From positions 2,304,001 through 2,368,000 of the forward strand of contig CBDCJV010000002.1 of NCBI GenBank assembly GCA_965217895.1: a stretch of 64,000 bases of DNA. The letters run 5' to 3'. The DNA comes from Waterburya sp. Its GTDB lineage: Bacteria; Cyanobacteriota; Cyanobacteriia; Cyanobacteriales; Xenococcaceae. Each line of letters begins with the position of its first letter. The first letter of the stretch is position 1. Positions 56,622 through 64,000 of this stretch are shown here, one piece after another. Below the pieces are notes generated by a model. It saw only the letters and a program-made list of their open reading frames with translations. It did no database searches and was not told the origin of the DNA. A program made the translations under genes and the position numbers.

Positions 56622-57083
56622 ATGATATTTCGATTTGTAGCGGTATTGCTAATTACTAGTCTTTTTTGGCTAAGTAGCTGGGTCGTGACTCCCACAGCAG
56701 AAGCAATGACTTCGATAAAACTTTCTAATCTTACTTATGAACCCTGCGCTGGAGATGATGCTAATGGCAGCGTCACTAGTGGAGATATTAGACCAGCCAG
56801 TTGTTATACCATTAAAGGTAAAGCCAAAAACATAACAGGTAAAACCGTAGTGGATGCCGATGTATTTGGGCGTATCTATGATGCCAATGACAATTTAACC
56901 TATGAAAATCGAGGGCGCGTTGGCACAATAGAAGAAGTTCCTCCAGGAGTCAGCGACTTTGCAATTAGAGTCAGTGTTCCTGCAAATCAGCCAACACCTT
57001 TGAAGCTAAAAGATTTTAAAGCTTCTGGATTTGCAGGAAAAGTTCGCCCTTATTACTACGACGATTTTGAGTACGACAATTGA
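56622..57083 (+). CDS. Conserved exported cyanobacterial hypothetical protein
   Basis: Signal peptide ending AEA; 'DADVFGRIYDAN...NRGRVG' conserved-looking core. Confidence 0.7.
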   Translation: MIFRFVAVLLITSLFWLSSWVVTPTAEAMTSIKLSNLTYEPCAGDDANGSVTSGDIRPASCYTIKGKAKNITGKTVVDADVFGRIYDANDNLTYENRGRVGTIEEVPPGVSDFAIRVSVPANQPTPLKLKDFKASGFAGKVRPYYYDDFEYDN

Positions 57084-57085
57084 GC

Positions 57086-57379
57086 TTAAAATCCCATAGC
57101 ATAAGAGCTATTGGCTAAGCTGACGGCGATCGCTCCTAACTGGCTTTGCACAAATCCCAAGAGAAGTATTGCCAAAATTGCCGAGATATCAATCCCGCCA
57201 AGAGGTGGGATAATTGAGCGAAATATATTGAGGTAAGGGTCTGTAATGGGACTCAAGAAAGAAATAATTTGTCCTGCCCATTCAGCAGTTTGAAACCATG
57301 AAAGCAAAATTCTGACAATTAGTAATACGTAATAAATTTGTAAAAACTTAATAAGACTAGTTACTATTAAACTACTCAT
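57086..57379 (-). CDS. YggT/YlmG family membrane protein
   Basis: RILLSWF...TDPYLNIFRSIIPPLGGIDIS. Confidence 0.93.
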   Translation of the reverse strand: MSSLIVTSLIKFLQIYYVLLIVRILLSWFQTAEWAGQIISFLSPITDPYLNIFRSIIPPLGGIDISAILAILLLGFVQSQLGAIAVSLANSSYAMGF

Positions 57380-57541
57380 AAACTTAGTTAACTCCGCAGT
57401 AAATCAATATATTTTTGGTGTGGCTATTATAACTCTACTATTTTAAAGGAAAAACTATGCAGATAGAAATGCTAATCGAGTTAGTAATTACCGACAATCA
57501 TCCAAGATCATAGAAGTGAGAAATAAATATGGACGGGGTTT

Positions 57542-58936
57542 TCATAGCAAAGAAAAATTAATTGTAAAGGTACTGCCTTGATTTAGCTGAGAGCGGACTG
57601 TAATATTGCCCCCCATTCCTTCAATAAGAGTTTTGACAATTGACAACCCTAATCCAGTTCCACCAGAGCGGTTACGAGACTCGTCAACACGGAAGAAGCG
57701 TTCAAAAACACGTCCCTGTTGCTGTAGGGAAATGCCTACGCCGCGATCGCAAACTTGAATTACTGCTTGGTTATTTTGGCGATTTAATTCTATGGTTATT
57801 GGTGTCTGGGCATCAGAATACTTGACAGCATTGTCAATCAGATTTAGCAATACCTGTTTAAAGCGATGAGCGTCGGCTTTGATCGTAATTTCTGGAGCAG
57901 AGCAATTAACTGTAATCGTTCTTTTGCTATACTGTTGTGCCATACCAGCTACTTCTTGAATCAGATCGTTTAGCACGATTTTTTCCAACTGAAATTGAAT
58001 TCTCCCGCTATCAGCCCGCGCTAAATCTAATAGATCTTGTAATAACTGTACAGTGCGATCGGCTTCTGAGGCAGCGATAGTCAAGGCTTCTTTTTGCATT
58101 TCTGATAGGTTGTCTCCTCGCCTTAGAATACTTTGAATATAGCCAGAAACAATCGTCAAAGGAGTACGTAATTCATGGGAAACATTACTCAGTAATTCTC
58201 GTTGATGTTCCCAAGCTTCAGACAATCTAACCAACATCCGATCAACAGTTTGGGCTAATTCTTTAACTTCAGTCGGGGCTTGCTCCAAATTAAGATGAGC
58301 CTGGTCTAGTTTATCAGCCGAAATTGTCGCCGTAAGCTGACTAACCTTTTTAAGAGGCTGCATTGAACGGTCAATATACAGGGCAATTATAGTGACCATA
58401 GCTGCGATCGCAATTATCGTCGCGATAGTTAAACTACGAACCAAATGGCGAAACATGACCAAATTTTCAGTAATGTTGTGTGCCAAATATAATGTGCCTA
58501 AATTGACATCTTTGACTTTTAATGGCGTAGCACACATTAGCCAATAGCTCCCATTCAGGTCTTGAACGGTGGGGATTAAAGGCACATTTTTAACAGCCAA
58601 AAGAATATCACCAATTTCTGCTTTATTCAAGGCAGAAGACCTAGCTGTTATTTTACCTGTAGCATTTTCGATCCAGATGAGTTGATCCTTGGTAGATAGA
58701 CTATTAATTGCCCTTTGTGCGCCTGTTTCCAGAGGAATCATTTCGCTATAGATCTTTACATCCATAGGAAAGCGAGCGGCAATATAATTCATATTCTCTT
58801 TATGTGTCAAGATAAGAATATGCTGCATCTTGGCACTTGTCCAAGCTGCTAAACTGCCTAATCCTAATGCTGCCACCGCAGCAATGCCAACGGTCAATCT
58901 TACTTTTAGTGAAGCTGTATCAAATAGTTTGCTCAC
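57542..58936 (-). CDS. Membrane sensor histidine kinase (2 TM, HAMP, HisKA, HATPase); no adjacent regulator
   Basis: SHELRTPLT H-box; NLIDNAVKY; DRGVG; GGTGLGL. Confidence 0.93.
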   Translation of the reverse strand: MSKLFDTASLKVRLTVGIAAVAALGLGSLAAWTSAKMQHILILTHKENMNYIAARFPMDVKIYSEMIPLETGAQRAINSLSTKDQLIWIENATGKITARSSALNKAEIGDILLAVKNVPLIPTVQDLNGSYWLMCATPLKVKDVNLGTLYLAHNITENLVMFRHLVRSLTIATIIAIAAMVTIIALYIDRSMQPLKKVSQLTATISADKLDQAHLNLEQAPTEVKELAQTVDRMLVRLSEAWEHQRELLSNVSHELRTPLTIVSGYIQSILRRGDNLSEMQKEALTIAASEADRTVQLLQDLLDLARADSGRIQFQLEKIVLNDLIQEVAGMAQQYSKRTITVNCSAPEITIKADAHRFKQVLLNLIDNAVKYSDAQTPITIELNRQNNQAVIQVCDRGVGISLQQQGRVFERFFRVDESRNRSGGTGLGLSIVKTLIEGMGGNITVRSQLNQGSTFTINFSLL

Positions 58937-59150
58937 TGTCTTCGATATTACCCATATATATATAAGATTGGCAAAATTTATTTACCTCAATTATTGCTAA
59001 CCATTCTTAAAAAACGCTGAAAATTCTCTGATAAATAACCATTAAAGTTCTTTGATAAATTGAGCGTCACGCGCTAATAATTAAATCTTGTCGGTGAGTT
59101 TTGTTTACAATAAAGCTAATTCAACACTTTTTAAGAATATAAATAGCTTT

Positions 59151-60638
59151 ATGATACAAGCTCCTATACAGCAAACCAACAAAGGATTAGCTACTTTGGC
59201 AGTAGATTTAATTCGTCAGGCTGGTTGTGAATATGGCGATATTCGCGTTTGCCACTATCGTAAACAAAGCTTATCGGCGCGCGATCGCTCTTTGAGCAGA
59301 TTATCTGACAATGTTAGTTCGGGCTTTGGGGTGAGAGTTCTATTAGATGGTGCCTGGGGTTTTGTAGCTTCTCATCGCTTGACTCCAGAAGAAATTACTA
59401 GAGTGGTCAACCTGGCTATTGAAACCGCCAAAGGCAGTCGGCTAACTCAGCAAAATCCGATTAAGCTAGTTCCTGTAGAGGCATATCAGGATAAATATAT
59501 TACGCCAATTCAAATCGATCCCTTTGAAGTGCCGATCCAAGAAAAAGCAGAATTGCTGTTAAATATTAACGATAAATTTCTTAGCTATGGAGAACAAGGC
59601 ATCAAAAAAGCCTATTCTTTTCTAAGTTTTGGCAAAGAAGATAAAATATTTGCCTCGACAGTTGGTTCAGTAATTGAACAAACTATTTATCGTAGTTTTC
59701 CTGGCATGGGCTGTACGGCGATCGCCAATGGCGATGCCAAAAGCAGAAATTATGAACGCCCGCCCCTCAATACTGGTTATGAACATATCAATCCCGCAGA
59801 TTTATTGGGCAATATTGAACGAGTTGCTAATGAAGCAATTGAAAAAGTTTATGCCCCAGAATTAACTAGTGAAGGTAAAACAACTCTAATTTTAAAACCA
59901 AGTAATTTATTTCTCACCATTCACGAATCTGTAGGACACCCCACAGAGTTAGATCGCGTCTATGGTTACGAGGCGAATTTTGCTGGCACAAGCTTTGCTA
60001 CAACGGATCGGCTGCACAAGCTACAGTATGCCGCACCTTGGGTAAACTTGGTTGCCGATCGCACTCAGCCCCAAGGACGCAGCACTATGGCTTATGATGA
60101 TGAGGGTGTACCAGCACAGCAGTGGTATATAGTTAAAGACGGAATTCTAAATGATTATTTAACAGACAGGGAAACTGCTTACCGTTTAGGTCGAGGTAGC
60201 AGTAACGGCAGTGCTTATGCCGATAGTTGGTCAAGCACGCCAATGGTACGTATTCCCAATTTAGGATTAGAGCCAGGCAAACCAGACGATAGCCATACTG
60301 CAACCCTAGAAGAAATGATTGCAGATACCAAAGACGGCATTTTAATTGATGGGATTGGTAGCTATTCTATCGATCAGCAAAGACGTAACTTTCAGTTTGG
60401 AGGTGATGCTTTCTGGCAGGTAAAAAACGGCAAAGTAACCAGAATGCTTAAAAACATTACCTATCACAGCATGACCACCGACTTTTGGAATAGTGTTGAT
60501 GCTCTTGGGGGTGAATCGGAGTTAGTTCAGTGTGGCACAAATATGTGTGGCAAAGGAGAACCGATGCAGATAGCTCAGATGACTCATGCTTGTGTACCTG
60601 TTAGGGTAAGAGATATTCATGTTGGTAGGGCTTCTTGA
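59151..60638 (+). CDS. tldD: TldD-family metalloprotease
   Basis: HESVGH (HExxGH) zinc motif; YDDEG; C-terminal CGKGEPMQ. ATG at 59151 preferred. Confidence 0.9.
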   Translation: MIQAPIQQTNKGLATLAVDLIRQAGCEYGDIRVCHYRKQSLSARDRSLSRLSDNVSSGFGVRVLLDGAWGFVASHRLTPEEITRVVNLAIETAKGSRLTQQNPIKLVPVEAYQDKYITPIQIDPFEVPIQEKAELLLNINDKFLSYGEQGIKKAYSFLSFGKEDKIFASTVGSVIEQTIYRSFPGMGCTAIANGDAKSRNYERPPLNTGYEHINPADLLGNIERVANEAIEKVYAPELTSEGKTTLILKPSNLFLTIHESVGHPTELDRVYGYEANFAGTSFATTDRLHKLQYAAPWVNLVADRTQPQGRSTMAYDDEGVPAQQWYIVKDGILNDYLTDRETAYRLGRGSSNGSAYADSWSSTPMVRIPNLGLEPGKPDDSHTATLEEMIADTKDGILIDGIGSYSIDQQRRNFQFGGDAFWQVKNGKVTRMLKNITYHSMTTDFWNSVDALGGESELVQCGTNMCGKGEPMQIAQMTHACVPVRVRDIHVGRAS

Positions 60639-60728
60639 AATAGCAGCTTAAAGTAGAGCGATCGCTCTGCAAAATGTATTTCTTTTTAGTTAAATACGCC
60701 TGATGTAGATTAGCTTCATTCTAGTTTA

Positions 60729-60885
60729 ACGTGAATTCGGGTTAACAAAATTAGCTTGTTGAAGTAGCTATTAGCTATTAGCTTTTGAGAGATTCTGAGT
60801 TGAGTCTTAAGCTTGAGATTAAATGAAAAATAGCATTTCTCAAATATACTATTTAAAAGGGTTTGGGCTTATCCCGAACTCAGGT
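60729..60885. mobile_element. MITE (157 bp) with 7-bp target-site duplication, IS982-like ends
   Basis: Ends ACGTGAATTCGGGTTAA / TTATCCCGAACTCAGGT; TAGTTTA at 60722-60728 and 60886-60892. Confidence 0.75.
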
Positions 60886-60968
60886 TAGTTTACTAGTTTT
60901 CAGCTCTTAGCTCTACCTCTGTTAAGGTGTGAGCGTTTGTACTATTTACGCTACCGAAGAAGAAAAGC

Positions 60969-61013
60969 GATGCAGCGCGTTGGGTAGTTTTCCTCGGTTG
61001 TAGCAACTGCATC
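60969..61013. repeat. Small GC-rich hairpin dispersed repeat
   Basis: GATGCAG...CTGCATC outer stem enclosing CGCGTTGGGTAGTTTTCCTCGGTTGTAGCAA. Confidence 0.55.
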
Positions 61014-61130
61014 AAGAAGCGTTTGAGATTGACTAAAGCTGCTCATTGTTTAAGAGTCTGAGCAAACTTTGAGTTACTCATCTGAAGATAAGACAGCCAA
61101 TTGGTTTTAGGATCTTACTAATTAAGCAAT

Positions 61131-61244
61131 CACGTTGTTAGTTTTTTTGTTAGTACATCTGTTCAGCTTAACCAAGATAGAGCTAACGGCTCTGAAGCTC
61201 CGAACAGAATTATCATGTATATCATTACTTCAATTAGCAACGCC
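61131..61244. mobile_element. Degenerate MITE of the GGCGTTGCT-terminus family
   Basis: Right end rc GGCGTTGCTAATTGAAGTAATGATATAC closely matches 30260 (GGCGTTGCTGATTCAAATAATGACGTAC); left end poorly conserved. Confidence 0.5.
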
Positions 61245-61250
61245 TCAGAA

Positions 61251-62234
61251 TCAAATCCGATCCTCCATCATTTTTTGTACCGCTTCGGCAATTTGCGCGG
61301 GTTGCACAATGGTTAAACTTTCCAATTTGCCATTATAGGGAGTAGGAATATCTTGAGAAGATAAACGCAATACGGGTGCGTCTAATTCATCAAATAGCTG
61401 CTCGTTTATTAGTGCTACTAATTCAGCACCAATACCACCAGTTTTCATACATTCTTCGACAATGATTACCTTATGAGTTTTACGTACAGACTCACTAATA
61501 GTTTCCATGTCAAAAGGCTTAAGAGAAATTAAATCGATAATTTCGGGGTCATAGCCCTGTTTTTCAATCTCTTTAAGAGCTTGAGTACAGTGGTGACGCA
61601 TTCTTGAATAGGTAAGAATAGTTACATCCTTTCCTTTACGCACCATTTCTGCTTTATCTAGCGGTAAGATATACTCATCATCAGGCAGATCGTCTTTTAA
61701 GTTGTAAAGTAAGACGTGTTCAAAAAACAGTACGGGATTATTATCTCTAATAGCTGCCTTGAGCAAACCCTTAGAATTATATGCTGTAGAGCAAGCAACA
61801 ATTTTTAAGCCTGGAACAGCATGGAAATAAGCTTCTAGTCTTTGGGAGTGTTCTGCCCCCAAGCGACTACCTACACCACCAGGGCCACGAATCACTAAGG
61901 GAATTGTAAAGTTACCTCCAGAAGTGTATCTCAGCATCCCTGCATTGTTGGCAATCTGGTTGAATGCCAAGAGCAAAAAGCCCATGTTCATCCCTTCAAC
62001 TATTGGGCGCAAGCCAGTCATGGCAGCACCAATAGCCATTCCACAAAAGCTATTTTCGGCAATGGGAGTATCTAATAAACGAAGATCGCCATACTTCTTA
62101 TACAAATCTTTGGTGACTTTATATGAACCACCATAATGTCCGACATCTTCACCTAAGACGAAGACAGTCTTATCTCTCGCCATTTCTTCGTCTGTCGCCT
62201 CTCTCAAAGCGTTAAACATTAAAGTTTCAGCCAT
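61251..62234 (-). CDS. pdhB: Pyruvate dehydrogenase E1 beta subunit
   Basis: [34 protein letters not shown]. Confidence 0.97.
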   Translation of the reverse strand: MAETLMFNALREATDEEMARDKTVFVLGEDVGHYGGSYKVTKDLYKKYGDLRLLDTPIAENSFCGMAIGAAMTGLRPIVEGMNMGFLLLAFNQIANNAGMLRYTSGGNFTIPLVIRGPGGVGSRLGAEHSQRLEAYFHAVPGLKIVACSTAYNSKGLLKAAIRDNNPVLFFEHVLLYNLKDDLPDDEYILPLDKAEMVRKGKDVTILTYSRMRHHCTQALKEIEKQGYDPEIIDLISLKPFDMETISESVRKTHKVIIVEECMKTGGIGAELVALINEQLFDELDAPVLRLSSQDIPTPYNGKLESLTIVQPAQIAEAVQKMMEDRI

Positions 62235-62362
62235 AACAATATTTATCCTAAGTCACCAAAAATTAATACTATCATTCCCAGATTGTTACTATATAACTTT
62301 ACATAGTTTAGGCTTTTACGGCAAAAGCTTCTAGCCTTTTACCTACCAATTGTTAGTTAAAT

Positions 62363-63709
62363 ATGACTTTAACCACTCTCAATACATTTGTTACACAAAC
62401 TGAAGCCCTAGCTTTAATTGAATTTGCGATCGCCCAATCTCAAGCCGATGGTATTTTTGTCAGCCTGAGTGCAAGTGAAACCGCCCTGAGTCGCTTCAGT
62501 GAAAATCAAATTAGTCAAAACGTTCGCAAGAATACCTTTAGCATTACCGTAACTAGTTATTTTGGTAAACGTAGTGCCTCTGCTTCGACTACAGAATTAG
62601 ACCGAGATGCGATCGCCTTAACGGTCAAACGAGCAGAAGACTTAGCTAGTATCGCCCCGGTCGATCCTGAATGGGTTGAATTATTACCCCAGCAAATCTA
62701 TAGCGATCGCACTCCCGCATTTGATCGAGCCACGGCTACTCTTTCTCCCTTGAAAAAAGGCGAAATTATTCAGCAGGTATGTTCCCTCAGTAAAAATGCC
62801 GGAGTTAACGGATCGGGGACGCTTAGTTTCCAGGTTTCTTTAAACGCTATTGGTAACTCGGCGGGTTTGCGGGGTTGCGATCGCACTACCGAAGCCGACT
62901 TTAGCTTTACCGCCCGCATTGATAATGGTTCTAGCTGGAATCGCTGTACTGCCTGGAGTATTGAACAGTTACCAATTGTTGAATTAACTGAGAAAGTTAT
63001 CGAAAGAGCGATCGCCTCACGTAATCCTCAAGTTATTGAACCAGGAGACTACACGGTTATCTTTGAACCCTCAGCATTCGCTAGTTTACTTCCCTGGATA
63101 ATCTGGAATTTAGATGCTCGTGCAGCAGATGAAGGGCGTTCTTTTATGTCCCGTCGCGACGATTCTGGTAAGCCTATAGGTAATAAAGTTGGTGAACAGC
63201 TATTCGATCCTATTATTCAAGTTCAGCGCAATGCTGCTCATCCTCTGTTGCAGGGAGGCAGATTTTTTGGCGACGGTTTAAGCAACGAAAATCTGGATAT
63301 CATTAAAGATGGTATCCCCCTAACTCTCTCCTATAGTCGTTATTGGGCAAAAGAACAGGACAAAGAACCAACAGGCTCAATGTATCCTCTAGTGATGACT
63401 GGCTCAGATCAAACTATTGCCGATCTAATTGGCAGTACGGAACGAGGCATTTTTGTAAGTCGCGCTTGGTATGTGCGCTATGTTAACCCCCGCACCCTAG
63501 AAGTTACGGGTATGACTAGAGACGGTACTTTTCTTATTGAAAACGGCAAAATATCTTACCCAATAAAAAATCTGCGCTTTAATCAATGTTTACCAGAAAT
63601 GCTTAAAAACGTAGTGGCATTGAGTCAAGCAAAACGCTGTGGCGGTAGCGTTATTCCTGGCTGCAAAGTAGAGAATTTTCACTTTAGCAGTATTACTGAC
63701 AGTATTTAG
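62363..63709 (+). CDS. TldE/PmbA-family protein
   Basis: RFSENQISQN, PGDYTVIFEP, TGMTRDGTFLIENG...NLRFN; lacks HExxGH. Confidence 0.88.
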   Translation: MTLTTLNTFVTQTEALALIEFAIAQSQADGIFVSLSASETALSRFSENQISQNVRKNTFSITVTSYFGKRSASASTTELDRDAIALTVKRAEDLASIAPVDPEWVELLPQQIYSDRTPAFDRATATLSPLKKGEIIQQVCSLSKNAGVNGSGTLSFQVSLNAIGNSAGLRGCDRTTEADFSFTARIDNGSSWNRCTAWSIEQLPIVELTEKVIERAIASRNPQVIEPGDYTVIFEPSAFASLLPWIIWNLDARAADEGRSFMSRRDDSGKPIGNKVGEQLFDPIIQVQRNAAHPLLQGGRFFGDGLSNENLDIIKDGIPLTLSYSRYWAKEQDKEPTGSMYPLVMTGSDQTIADLIGSTERGIFVSRAWYVRYVNPRTLEVTGMTRDGTFLIENGKISYPIKNLRFNQCLPEMLKNVVALSQAKRCGGSVIPGCKVENFHFSSITDSI

Positions 63710-63730
63710 AGGGATGAGGGATAATGCTAT

Positions 63731-64000
63731 TTACTCAATATTTAAAATGTCTTTAACTTGATTTTTTAATTCGGGTAGATATCGCTCGATAATTTTCCAT
63801 ACAGCTTTCAAATCAATTCTAAAATATTCATGAACCAGAATATTTCTGAAAGCGATGATTTGCGCCCAAGGAACTTTTAGATGTTGAACGATCAAGGTTT
63901 GAGAAAGACGGCTGGAAGCTTCGCCAATAATTTGTAGATGGTGAACAATCCAAACTTGAATCAGTTCATTTTTCAAAAATTCTGCTTGTCCTTAAACTGC
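63731..64000 (-). pseudogene. HepT/DUF86 HEPN ribonuclease toxin with in-frame stop; 5' end outside the window
   Basis: Reads AV*GQAEFLKNELIQVWIVHHLQIIGEA...FRNILVHEY (Rx4H motif); TAA at 63994-63992. Confidence 0.75.

Noticed and set aside
61135..61338. 67-aa ORF overlapping the pdhB 3' end
   Set aside because: Runs through a MITE remnant and is antisense to pdhB; no coding signal.

Overview
A 64-kb chromosomal segment of a cyanobacterium. It has dense HIP1 octamers (GCGATCGC), phycobilisome core genes apcE/apcABC, petCA, ycf3, acsF, pds-crtB and mgdA; the AT-rich intergenic DNA fits a Pleurocapsales-like lineage (inference only). Most of the window is housekeeping: pyrG, a probable 2-oxoglutarate decarboxylase, gatC, cysC, lgt, cobM, moeB, purK, pdhB, tldD/tldE-like genes and one tRNA-Leu(UAG). 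The accessory layer is small: a 5'-truncated IS630 upstream of apcE, a frameshifted REP-associated tyrosine transposase (RAYT) with GTAG-type REPs, at least three MITE families (some with intact target-site duplications), a DUF4160/DUF2442 toxin-antitoxin-like pair and a HepT/DUF86 toxin gene carrying a nonsense codon. Two observations stand out. First, four consecutive uncharacterised genes at 17.3-20.1 kb appear to share one degenerate G-x(21-23)-H module and end in a membrane-anchored member. Second, the RAYT is accompanied by 'split' REPs whose conserved arms enclose 37-42-nt variable loops and overlap the transposase start and stop codons. All assignments come from reading the sequence and recalling motifs; no database searches were run.
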